Assembly (NCBI GenBank): GCA_963666835.2
Contig: CAXXGO010000001.1
Span: 64,001-128,000 of the forward strand
DNA: 64,000 bases
DNA from: Phycisphaerae bacterium
GTDB lineage: Bacteria; Planctomycetota; Phycisphaerae; UBA1845
Direction: 5' to 3'
Shown here in pieces: positions 44,174 through 53,384 of the stretch (the first letter of the stretch is position 1; each line of letters starts with the position of its first letter). Made by a program: the position numbers and the translations under genes. The notes beneath the pieces were generated by a model. The model saw nothing but the letters and a program-made list of their open reading frames with translations, was not told where the DNA came from and made no database searches.

Positions 44174-44866
44174 CTACAGAATTACGGCCATCATTTGCAC
44201 GCTGCCGAGGAGCATCGTCACGGTGGCCAGAAGCAAGGAACCTCCCTGCAACATGGCGGTTTGCCAGGTGAACGTGCCCTTTCGAAAAGCCCCTAGCGGA
44301 AGTAGCAGGGGAGTACCCGCGCGGTAGCGGCGGTGGGCTTCACCATACAGCACTTCCAGGCGCATCTCTTCCCACAGAATCGTGATTGGATAGAACACGG
44401 CGAAGTACACTGATACCAACACGTAGTTTTCCGAGTCTGCCAGCAGAATGCAGAAGCCATACGCAAGAAGGATCGATCCGAAGTACAGAGGATGCCTGCA
44501 AAGTGAATACACGCCATCGGTCGCCAGGCACTCTTTCTTGTGGATGCACCCGAGAGCAGCGAGGCGGAAAGCCAGCCCGGAGGCGATCAGGATCAAGCCG
44601 ATCACGACGTACGCGTTGGGGCGATCCAAGGCGAAAGGACGCTCGCGGAAGTACACCCCCTCGAGCAAGCACCAAGCCGCCACGAGAAACCCGACTTTCG
44701 TGCGCGCTTTCTTGATGAGACGAACAACCGCAATGGCCCAAGGCCGGTCGCTAACTATGCCAACAAGCTTCACACTTGTTGTGTCGGTCTCAACAACAGC
44801 GTGTTGTCTCTCGGCACGGGCAGCCCGTTTGGTGGTCTCAATCTCTTCGGAGGGTGAGTTCGGCAT
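44174..44866 (-). CDS. ICMT/PEMT-family membrane methyltransferase
   Basis: LATDGVYSLCRHPLYFG and EE..L...YG motifs. Confidence 0.85.
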   Translation of the reverse strand: MPNSPSEEIETTKRAARAERQHAVVETDTTSVKLVGIVSDRPWAIAVVRLIKKARTKVGFLVAAWCLLEGVYFRERPFALDRPNAYVVIGLILIASGLAFRLAALGCIHKKECLATDGVYSLCRHPLYFGSILLAYGFCILLADSENYVLVSVYFAVFYPITILWEEMRLEVLYGEAHRRYRAGTPLLLPLGAFRKGTFTWQTAMLQGGSLLLATVTMLLGSVQMMAVIL

Positions 44867-45060
44867 TATGTCCTTCTACCATCAGTTACGCGCTCGACGG
44901 GGTCAGTGCCGTCCCTTGGCACTCTGCTCCGCGATCGATACCGCTTCGAATCGGGTGGCCTGCACTTATGCTGCCCTTGATCACGCCTTGTCAAGGATGC
45001 GGCGACTGTGCCACGATGCCCAGGATCATACTGACGGACTGCAACAGCACCGTGACAGAC

Positions 45061-45080
45061 AGATTACAATCCTGTAATCT
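45061..45080. promoter_or_regulatory. CusR/CopR-like palindromic box in the divergent promoter region
   Basis: AGATTACA-ATCC-TGTAATCT perfect 8-bp inverted repeat. Confidence 0.6.
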
Positions 45081-45236
45081 TCGGGCCGCGTCCTGAACTT
45101 CGCCCGCCGGCCGGCTATGGTGTTCGTTGACAACGAGCGTTTACCGCTTGCCAGTCGGAGGTCGCCGAGCTAGACTGCCCGTCTGCAGTGGCTGTCCTGG
45201 GACCGCCTCGGGGTTGCTTTAGCTGGAGTCTGCAGG

Positions 45237-45914
45237 ATGCGCGTCTTGGTGATCGAGGACGAGCCGGGTGTGGCCGGCTTCGTAAGGAAGGGTCTGTGCG
45301 AAGCTTCCTACGCTGTTGACGTTTCGGACGACGGTATTGACGGGCTCAACTTAGCCTGCTCAAACCAATACGATGCTATCGTGCTCGACCTGATGCTCCC
45401 GGGGAAGGACGGTTTCACGGTTCTGCAGGAGCTTCGTTCCCAGGACGTGCGGACCCCCGTGATCTGTTTGACCGCCCGGGATGCCGTGGACGATCGCGTT
45501 AAAGGTCTGGACCTTGGCGCCGATGACTATCTCACCAAGCCATTCAGCTTTACAGAGTTGCACGCCCGAATCCGCGCTCTGCTGCGCCGGGGGCACGAAG
45601 TCACCACGAACCCGATTGTCGTTGCAGATTTGGCGGTCGATGTGCTCGCCCGAAGTGTGCATCGTGGCCGGCGGCGAATCGACCTGTCTCCCAATGAGTT
45701 CGCATTGCTGGAGTACCTGGCGCGCAACGCCGGCCAGGTTCTCTCGCGGACGATGATCCTTGAGCATGTGTGGGATATGAACCAGGATCCGATGACTAAC
45801 GTGGTCGATGTCCACATCAACCGCCTGCGGAAGAAGGTCGATGCCGGGTTTCACCCTTCGTTGATCCACACCATTCGTGGAGTAGGGTATGTCCTCCGGA
45901 ACGACGAGCCCTAA
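45237..45914 (+). CDS. OmpR-family response regulator (CusR/CzcR-like)
   Basis: GLDLGADDYLTKPF, TNVVDVHINRLRKKVD and IHTIRGVGY. Confidence 0.92.
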   Translation: MRVLVIEDEPGVAGFVRKGLCEASYAVDVSDDGIDGLNLACSNQYDAIVLDLMLPGKDGFTVLQELRSQDVRTPVICLTARDAVDDRVKGLDLGADDYLTKPFSFTELHARIRALLRRGHEVTTNPIVVADLAVDVLARSVHRGRRRIDLSPNEFALLEYLARNAGQVLSRTMILEHVWDMNQDPMTNVVDVHINRLRKKVDAGFHPSLIHTIRGVGYVLRNDEP

Positions 45915-47331
45915 CAGAGTATTCAGAACCATCGGAGCACGACTGACGCTCTGGAGCGTGGGCGTCATGCTGTGCGCCTGCATACTGCTGTGCGGCACGT
46001 TGTATGCGGGCATGTTCTATGCGCTGCGCGGCGAGGTGGACAGGTTCCTCGAAGGCGAGGTGCACGAGTTCATGGTCACGGTGAATGCGCATCCGAGCGA
46101 CGACGTCGGCCTCGAGCAGGCGATCCAACGGGAACTCGGAGGGCGGACCCGAAGGGATCTGGCGTTTCGACTTTTCGACCGGGATGGGCACCTGATCGTC
46201 ACGAGTGAACCGGCAGACCCGTTGGAAGGCGTGTGGACCCCACCGGCAAGCGCAGATTGGGAAAGCCATTCCCTGCACTACGAAAGCGTTCGAGTAGCCG
46301 TTCATCCACATGCGTTTCGCCTCTGCAGCCTTCGCGTGGAGACGCTCGACGGACGAGCCTGTATAGCCCAGGCCGGCTACATGCTTGACCGTATGGCCAC
46401 CTCGCTAGCTCTATTCCGTCGAGTATGCGCTGTTGTCATGGTGGTTGCAGTTCTCGCCGCGGCGGCAGCCGGGAGGTTCCTTGCGAGGCGCAGTCTGCGG
46501 CCGGTACAAGCAGTCGTTGAAACGGCGCGGCGGATCGGCGGCGACAGTCTGACCGAGCGGATTCCCCTGGCCGGAACGGGTGACGAACTGGACCAGTTGG
46601 CGAAGACTCTCAACAACATGCTGGACCGGATTGAGCATCACGTCCAGCAAGTGCAGCAGTTCACCGCAGATGCGTCACACGAACTGCGCTCACCGCTGGC
46701 CGCGTTGCGCGGCAGCGCCGAGTTGGCCCTGACGCGCCCGCGCACCGCCGAGGAACTCCGCAATGTGATCGAAGAGAGCATTGAACACTACGATCGTCTG
46801 GCAAGAGTCGCAGAAGACCTACTTCTCCTCACCCGTGCGGATGCCGGCGATCAGATACTCCACTACGAGTCTGTCCGGCTTGATACTGCAGTGCAAAACG
46901 TGGTCGATCTGTACGCGCCACTTGCGCAGGAGTGCGGGATCGATTTGGTGCCAAGCCACCCGGCGGAGATCGAACTCGAGGCCGACGGCACACGCCTGCG
47001 CCAGCTTATCGGGAACGTGCTCGATAACGCCATCAAGTACACCGAGGCGGGCGGTCAAGTGACGGTCTCTCTGGCTCAGGCTGACAGCGTGGCCCGGCTC
47101 ACGGTTCGTGACACCGGAGTGGGAATTCCCGCTGAGCATCTGCCGCGGGTGTTCGACCGATTCTACCGAGTCGACCGTGCCCGTTCTGGGAAGAGCCGAG
47201 GTGCCGGGCTGGGTCTTGCTATCTGCCGCATGATCGCTGAAGCCCATGACGGGAAGATCAGCGTTTCAAGCGAGCCGGGCGACGGTACGCGTGTCACGGT
47301 GGTGCTTCCTATCCGCGCGCGTGAAGGCTAG
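45889..47331 (+). CDS. Sensor histidine kinase (CusS/CzcS-like, with HAMP domain)
   Basis: Two TM helices, HAMP DELDQLA, FTADASHELRSPL, NVLDNAIKY, FDRFYRVD and GAGLGLAI. Confidence 0.92.
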   Translation: MSSGTTSPNRVFRTIGARLTLWSVGVMLCACILLCGTLYAGMFYALRGEVDRFLEGEVHEFMVTVNAHPSDDVGLEQAIQRELGGRTRRDLAFRLFDRDGHLIVTSEPADPLEGVWTPPASADWESHSLHYESVRVAVHPHAFRLCSLRVETLDGRACIAQAGYMLDRMATSLALFRRVCAVVMVVAVLAAAAAGRFLARRSLRPVQAVVETARRIGGDSLTERIPLAGTGDELDQLAKTLNNMLDRIEHHVQQVQQFTADASHELRSPLAALRGSAELALTRPRTAEELRNVIEESIEHYDRLARVAEDLLLLTRADAGDQILHYESVRLDTAVQNVVDLYAPLAQECGIDLVPSHPAEIELEADGTRLRQLIGNVLDNAIKYTEAGGQVTVSLAQADSVARLTVRDTGVGIPAEHLPRVFDRFYRVDRARSGKSRGAGLGLAICRMIAEAHDGKISVSSEPGDGTRVTVVLPIRAREG

Positions 47332-47443
47332 CTAGACCTCGACGCGCATGTTACCGTCCCCTTCGGCGAAACGCTGTGATGTGTGCCCGCAGTCGTTCGC
47401 TTCAGGCTGCCGATGAGGGTGTGAACGCAGGGAAGACTTGAAC

Positions 47444-47750
47444 ATGAGCAGCGCCGGCGAGGGTAACACGGAGTATCTGCACGGGGCCGAGGCGTCGGAG
47501 CAGGCGCGGTTGGAGGCGCAGGCGGAGATGCTCGGCGGGGCGGAGTTCCTGCCGCCGCTGAAGCCCGAAATGCACGTGGTCGAGGTCGGCTGTGGGACGG
47601 GGGCGATTGCAAGAAAGGGTATGACCTGGTGCTCTTCCCCGTCGATGCGGGCTCTTGACGCTCGGCCAGGTATGCCGGCCCACTTCGCGGTATGCGAGCT
47701 CACGCCAGGGGGTTACCATGCAAGTGGTACGGCCGCGCGGATGGGTTCGC
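47444..47750 (+). pseudogene. Chimeric remnant: methyltransferase 5' fragment fused to a diverged copy of the 3' end of the 38404 gene and its downstream region
   Basis: 47471-47610 is identical to the methyltransferase 5' part; 47611-47740 aligns with 39751-39880. Confidence 0.85.
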
Positions 47751-47826
47751 GGGCCTGCACCGCTGCAACCGGCCGGCACGGGTCAGGTTGCTCCAACACT
47801 CATCCTGACGTCGGAGCGCGACTGCC

Positions 47827-48720
47827 ATGGCCGCACACTCTATTGACCGCCTTAAACAACTGACACTTGTTGCGCTCTTCTCTGATGACGAACTGGTGCA
47901 GACACTCGTGTTGAAAGGCGGAAACGCGCTCAGCTTGGCGTACGGCATGACAGCACGCGCGTCCTTCGACCTCGATTTCTCGATGGAAGGACAGTTCGAT
48001 CTCTCCGACCTGGAGAAGATCAGGTCGACAGTTGACCACCGCCTCAAGCAGACTTTCGACCCGGAAGGATATGTTGCCTTTGATGTGACGATCGAAGCCA
48101 AGCCGGAAGACATTTCACCTGAAGCAGAGTCCTTCTGGGGCGGCTATGATCTGCAATTCAAGCTCATCCCACGGACGCGCTATGAGGAGCTGGGGGGCGA
48201 TCTGCACGCCATTCGCCGCGAAGCCGTGCCCCCCCGTCCCGGTGGCAAAGCTCGCTTCGAGATAGACATCAGCAAGCACGAGTACTGCACGGGAAAACAA
48301 ACCGTCAAAATCGATGAGTTCACCGTCTACGTGTACACGCCGACCATGGTGGTGTGCGAGAAGATCCGCGCCATCTGTCAGCAGGCACCTGAGTACACTG
48401 CGAAGATGGAGAAGCATCGCGCCGTCCGTACGCGTGACTTCTTCGATATCCACGAGACGGTTACGCACTTCGGAATCCGCCCGGCCACCCCGGAGAACCA
48501 AGAGCTTCTCAGGAACATGTTCGCTGCCAAACACGTGTCGCTCGAACTGCTCCCTCGAATCGAGGAGCAACGTGAGTTTCACCGGCAAGGTTGGGATGCC
48601 CTCAAGGACACCGTTGATCCACGCGTAAACCTGTGCGACTACGACTACTACTTCGATTACGTCCAGGACATTTGCCGTGAACTCGCTCAGGTGATGCGTC
48701 TCAACCCTTTCGGCACGTAG
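47827..48720 (+). CDS. AbiEii/AbiGii-family nucleotidyltransferase (type IV TA toxin)
   Basis: LVLKGGNAL, RASFDLDFS, EKIRAI and RTRDFFDI motifs. Confidence 0.88.
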   Translation: MAAHSIDRLKQLTLVALFSDDELVQTLVLKGGNALSLAYGMTARASFDLDFSMEGQFDLSDLEKIRSTVDHRLKQTFDPEGYVAFDVTIEAKPEDISPEAESFWGGYDLQFKLIPRTRYEELGGDLHAIRREAVPPRPGGKARFEIDISKHEYCTGKQTVKIDEFTVYVYTPTMVVCEKIRAICQQAPEYTAKMEKHRAVRTRDFFDIHETVTHFGIRPATPENQELLRNMFAAKHVSLELLPRIEEQREFHRQGWDALKDTVDPRVNLCDYDYYFDYVQDICRELAQVMRLNPFGT

Positions 48721-49604
48721 ATTCGCCACTCCGGCACGTACTCGGTTTCCTCCATCCCGTAGGCCAAGTAGAAGTCGAACTCGTACTCGAATCCATCACG
48801 AAACAGCTCAACCGCGCTGCGATCATATACACCGGCCGCTTCGAGATAGAAACCGATCGCCTGGTGATACGGATAGACGTGGCCGAGCTTTCGGAGCAAT
48901 CCCGCCAATCGATTCACCGATACCCGCCCTGCGGCCCGCTCATAGGCCTTCCGTACCTCGGCAACGCCTCCTGAATAGAAAGGACGCACGGCAATATCGA
49001 TCAACGTTCGCTCAATGTCCGTCAGCCGCAGCACTACCTTCCCGCCCTCTTCCGGCAAGACAGTCTTACGCTCCTCGACCCCAAGATAGCCCGTGTGCTT
49101 TCCGTTGAGCAGACAGACGCGTAGCCCTTGCCGCGCCATGCCCTTGACATTGGCCACGTTCTTCGTCATTCGCGGATTCCGACGAAAGGCCAGGTCGATG
49201 CGATCCTGACTCAACCCTGCCGCTGATGCCGGCTTTGGTCTTTGCTCGTGATTGATGTACACGGTTCGCGGATCCTGCTCGGTCAGATCGTGCATCTGAA
49301 CGGCCGTGAAATGCGAGAAGTGGCAACCAGGTTTCAGCGTAAGAAGGACCGCCTCTAACGGAACCCCGCCCCAGCAATACCGGACCTCCTTCCGTTGCGG
49401 GAATCCAAACTCCATCCTTCGCAGCTTCCGGCTCTTGATGAGGTACTCCAGAAACTCCCCGAACGCCATGCTTTGCGCCAGCCGCCACCGTTCACGGTTT
49501 TCTGCGAGAATGCGCTCCAACTCGCGCTGCCGGTAAACCCGCGTCTCTCGACTTTCGAAAGACTTGAGAATCTCCGCTCTTGCTAATTGAAGGCGCGTCG
49601 GCAT
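48687..49604 (-). CDS. AbiEi-like type IV antitoxin/transcriptional regulator
   Basis: FSHFTAVQMHDLTEQ and TDIERTLIDIAVRP.YSGG are AbiEi C-terminal domain motifs; GAGGA RBS. Confidence 0.78.
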   Translation of the reverse strand: MPTRLQLARAEILKSFESRETRVYRQRELERILAENRERWRLAQSMAFGEFLEYLIKSRKLRRMEFGFPQRKEVRYCWGGVPLEAVLLTLKPGCHFSHFTAVQMHDLTEQDPRTVYINHEQRPKPASAAGLSQDRIDLAFRRNPRMTKNVANVKGMARQGLRVCLLNGKHTGYLGVEERKTVLPEEGGKVVLRLTDIERTLIDIAVRPFYSGGVAEVRKAYERAAGRVSVNRLAGLLRKLGHVYPYHQAIGFYLEAAGVYDRSAVELFRDGFEYEFDFYLAYGMEETEYVPEWRIYVPKGLRRIT

Positions 49605-49617
49605 CTTCTTCCTCACT

Positions 49618-49989
49618 GGTGTTTGAAGTATATATACTTCAAACACCTCTGACCACTAGCACATATCTCGTAGCGGTTCTGAACAACTCTCCCGCGGCGC
49701 TATGCAGCGAACACGCTTTCAGAGGTACACCGGACAGTATGTAGTATATATACTTCATACTGGCCGGGCACGCAAGAGACAATCTCGGATGGTCACTCAC
49801 GCGGAATGGGTGATACAAACCGTTCACGGGGTCGAGGCCCTGCAAAAAAGCGGGTTTCTGTCTCGGGTGGCATGGAGGAACAGGCAAAACGGGCCCGAGA
49901 ACCCGGAAAGAACGCTGTTTTTAGAGCGCCAGGGGCGCCTTCGCACCGTGAACACCGACGGGATACGTAGTATATATACTACGTATCCC
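49618..49989. repeat. Three long palindromes sharing the AGTATATATACT core
   Basis: 49618-49647 and 49960-49989 are perfect 30-bp palindromes; 49735-49762 is a 28-bp palindrome with one mismatch. Confidence 0.9.
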
Positions 49990-50427
49990 AATGGATGCCC
50001 ACACGTCGTTCGCAACTTACTAAGACGTGCAGGCCGCAACCCCGTCACCGAAGCAAGGCACCATGGCTTGCAGTAAAGCGGGAATTGAGCCTGGCGAGCA
50101 GACTGTGCGTCTGTTAGCTTCACGTTGGTATGCAGGGCACCAAACAGCGGATGCTCCAGTTCTACCACGGCTACGCGGCAACCATCGTGTCGCGGGAAAT
50201 CGTAGAACAGAAGCGCATTTGGCGAAAAGACGCGACTTGGCCGTCGAGATTCACTTCGTTCCGCCTACACGAAAGCCCCAGCCGGTGTGAAGCAGCACGG
50301 CGCCCCTCACGCACCCGCCGATTCTATGCGGCCCCACGCCAGGGGGTTACCATGCAAGGGGCGCGGCCTCGCGGATGGGTCCGCCGGCCGCTGTCGGGGT
50401 AGGGCCTTCAGTAGGGGAGCGGATAAC

Positions 50428-51258
50428 ATGAGCGACAACGGCGCCGGCGAGGGTAACACAGAGTATCTGCACGGGGCCGAGGCGTCGGAGCAGGCGCGGT
50501 TGGAGGCGCAGGCGGAGATGCTCGGCGGGGCGGAGTTCCTGCCGCCGCTGAAGCCCGAAATGCACGTGGTCGAGGTCGGCTGTGGGACGGGGGCGATTGC
50601 GCGGCGGGTGGCCCGCAAGCTCGGCTCCGGTGAAGTGATCGGTGTCGATCGGCAAGAGGCACAGTTGGAGACCGCCCGGCGACTGGCCGACGGGGACGGC
50701 GTGGAGAACATCCGGTTCGTGCTGGGAGCGGCCGACGCGCTTGATCTTCCGTCCTCGTCCTGCGACGCGGCGTATGGGCGGTTCATCTTGGAGCACGTGG
50801 CCGACCCGGTGGCGGTGGTGCGGGAGATGGCCCGGGTAGTGAAACCGGGCGGTTGGATCTGCGTTTACGAGTGGGACAACGCGATGGAGTCGATCTATCC
50901 GGATTCGCCGCACCACCGGGCGGTCTGGGCGGGTATCTACCGGCTGCAGGAGTTGCAGGGCGGGGATCCGTGGATGGCTCGACAGCTTCGGCGGGTGTTT
51001 ATGGAGGCCGGGCTGGCGAACGTGACGGCCGAGGCGCGGGTATGGACGGTCACCGGCGGCGAGCCGGACAAGCTCCGGGTACTCGTGGACGGCGCCCGCG
51101 AGATCATCCGGCAATCTCGTGCCGGGCTACTGGAACGCGGGCTCGTGGCGCAGGAAGCTCTCGACGGAGCGGAGGGCGAGTACGACCGCCTTCTGCGCAC
51201 TGCCCACAGTTACGTTGCGGAGGGTTTCTGCCGCGCTGTTGGCAGTGTGCGCGACTGA
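50428..51258 (+). CDS. Class I SAM-dependent methyltransferase
   Basis: VVEVGCGTG, IGVD, ILEHVADP and RVVKPGG motifs. Confidence 0.9.
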   Translation: MSDNGAGEGNTEYLHGAEASEQARLEAQAEMLGGAEFLPPLKPEMHVVEVGCGTGAIARRVARKLGSGEVIGVDRQEAQLETARRLADGDGVENIRFVLGAADALDLPSSSCDAAYGRFILEHVADPVAVVREMARVVKPGGWICVYEWDNAMESIYPDSPHHRAVWAGIYRLQELQGGDPWMARQLRRVFMEAGLANVTAEARVWTVTGGEPDKLRVLVDGAREIIRQSRAGLLERGLVAQEALDGAEGEYDRLLRTAHSYVAEGFCRAVGSVRD

Positions 51259-51370
51259 GGCCGAGGCGCGGTCGCTGGACGTAACGGCGTATGGTCGGAG
51301 CCCAGACGCCGACGTTGCTTGGTCGGCACCGGCGCAGGATTGCCGTCCTTGCGCATCGCGCAAAGACCGT

Positions 51371-51401
51371 GGCAGGTCTCGTTCCTCGACCGTGCCCTAC
51401 G
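51371..51401 (+). repeat. Single family A REP
   Basis: GGCAGGTCTCGTTCCTCGACCGTGCCCTACG. Confidence 0.85.
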
Positions 51402-51525
51402 AGGGCGGCGATTTGTTGACCGGTGGAGCTCAGCGCACCGAGTGACACGGCGATCTTCGCGCGATGTGCGCCTTGTGCCGTTACGCCGGCAGGCTGGAAG
51501 CCTGCGTTAGATGGCGATGTCGACC

Positions 51526-53370
51526 CTATCGCGGGGCGACGAGGTTTTCGCCGGACAGATCGTCTTTGCGGGTCGCATCCCCGCCCGTGCTGAAGGACGT
51601 TATCTCGGCACCCGGGTCGACGAGGAAGAGCAGCACCAACTGGTAGTTGCCTTTGAGGTGCTCGTCCTTGATCCTGGTAAACGCTCCCAGCCCGCCGATC
51701 GTACCGGCTTGCTCCGGGAAGTACTGAACCTCGATGACCTCGCGACCGTTGACTGAGGCGATCGCGTATTTCCCGACGATGCTATACCGATTCCCGGTGG
51801 CGTCTTCGACGTAGAAGTTCTGGACGGTCTGCAGGGCTTGGTCGAGTATTCTGCCCAACCCGCTTCGCGAGTGCAAACGGGCGGTGTTAAGTTGGAGCAA
51901 GCGCTTGTCGCGGGGAACGTCGAAGTGGCTGGCGGGGCGATCCTGGCCGTTGTCCTGTTCGTCCATGTTTCCGACGAAATGCCCGTTCCTGATCCGACCG
52001 CGGCGAACCTGAGGATCTCGATCAGCCTGATACGCTTTGAGTTCGATCGGGGTCTGATCTCCGAAGAAGGAGGACGCTGCAACAGTCGTTATCCCGCGGA
52101 CGTTTCCGCCCCGGCCGGAGTCTGCGACGGTTTCATCCTCGGATCGCTCGCGACGATTCCGCCGTGAGCGACCGCGTCGAGTTTCGGGCTCTGTCGGAGG
52201 GGGAGTCGGCGGCGTCGAGGTGACTGTAGCGCTCGACGGGGTCGCCGGAGCCGAAGTAGTCCCGGGAGTTTCTTTGAGAGTAATCTTGGCTCTGCCGCTG
52301 CGTTTATACTCAAGAAAGTCGGCCGCAAAGCCCTTAGGAAGCTCGAAGACGACTTCCACCTCGTTGATCTTACCGTCGCGCGGTTTGAACAGATCATCGA
52401 CGATCGACCAGTACTTGCCCCCGGCGTGAACATGGCTGATATGCCGGTTTACGGCCTGGGTATCATCCTGTTGCTGGATCGCGATCGGATAGTATTGGCC
52501 GAAGGGTCCGTCATTGCGCTCACGTCCCACGAGGCGGAACTGGCGGATGGTGAACAGGTGACTCTTGCGGGTATCCCGGGCCGCGTTGCCCAGGGCGACC
52601 CGGACCGCCCAGAACTCGTTGCCGCTTCCCGGGGATACCGGGTCGAATTGGGGAGGATCGTGCGATCTTGGTGGGGGTATCTTGTGCTTATAGACGAACG
52701 GAACCTTGCTGACCTCCTTGACAGAGATCGAACCGGCCGCGGCGTACCGTGACACCGTTGCGGGGACGGCGTTCAGCCAAGCGGTGGCCTCGACGATGTC
52801 CGGATTCCCCTCAGCCAAGCCGTGCTCTCCGGCAAAGATGCCGTGCGAGAGCAGGGTGGCCAGTCCGACGGCGAAACGATCCGGGGTCAGATAGTACTCT
52901 TTAATGGGCGCACGGGGATCCGGTGGTTCTTCGCTGCTGGTCTTCCTTGCTTCGGGATCCGGAGTGACGAGAACGCGCTGATAACCGAGGAAGGAGACCC
53001 CCATGGGCACGTTCGTCAACGCGAACTCCAACATTCCCGTAACCACAAAACCGGTGATCAATCCGCAGAGCCCGGCTCCGGCCCGATCGAACCAGCCCGG
53101 TAGCAGGCACGTTCGACGGATGAGCTTATCCGTGACCAGCCGCAGGATCAGCAGGGGGATTCCGAACACCACTGCTATAGCGATCGCGTGAGCATAATCG
53201 GGCTTCCACGCCATCAGGTACTTGACGGCGATCCACTCGTAAGTGCCTATCGAAGCCGCGGCACAGCAGATCGTGAGCACTGTCATGATCAGGGCACTAA
53301 ACGCCCCCTGTGAGCTCTGAAGCACGGCAATCGCAAAAATCAGGATTACGAAAAGGAGCGGTATCCACAT
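51526..53370 (-). CDS. CvpA-family membrane protein with a large periplasmic extension
   Basis: N-terminal QGAFSALI...DRAGAGLCGLITG four-TM pattern, then soluble domains joined by a Pro/Thr linker. Confidence 0.7.
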   Translation of the reverse strand: MWIPLLFVILIFAIAVLQSSQGAFSALIMTVLTICCAAASIGTYEWIAVKYLMAWKPDYAHAIAIAVVFGIPLLILRLVTDKLIRRTCLLPGWFDRAGAGLCGLITGFVVTGMLEFALTNVPMGVSFLGYQRVLVTPDPEARKTSSEEPPDPRAPIKEYYLTPDRFAVGLATLLSHGIFAGEHGLAEGNPDIVEATAWLNAVPATVSRYAAAGSISVKEVSKVPFVYKHKIPPPRSHDPPQFDPVSPGSGNEFWAVRVALGNAARDTRKSHLFTIRQFRLVGRERNDGPFGQYYPIAIQQQDDTQAVNRHISHVHAGGKYWSIVDDLFKPRDGKINEVEVVFELPKGFAADFLEYKRSGRAKITLKETPGTTSAPATPSSATVTSTPPTPPPTEPETRRGRSRRNRRERSEDETVADSGRGGNVRGITTVAASSFFGDQTPIELKAYQADRDPQVRRGRIRNGHFVGNMDEQDNGQDRPASHFDVPRDKRLLQLNTARLHSRSGLGRILDQALQTVQNFYVEDATGNRYSIVGKYAIASVNGREVIEVQYFPEQAGTIGGLGAFTRIKDEHLKGNYQLVLLFLVDPGAEITSFSTGGDATRKDDLSGENLVAPR

Positions 53371-53384
53371 AGCCTTTCAGCCTT

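Noticed and set aside
49990..50300. tRNA/att site or small gene beside the palindromes (ORF 50027-50290)
   Set aside because: No tRNA fold, no integrase nearby and no convincing motif in the ORF; it may be a decayed remnant.
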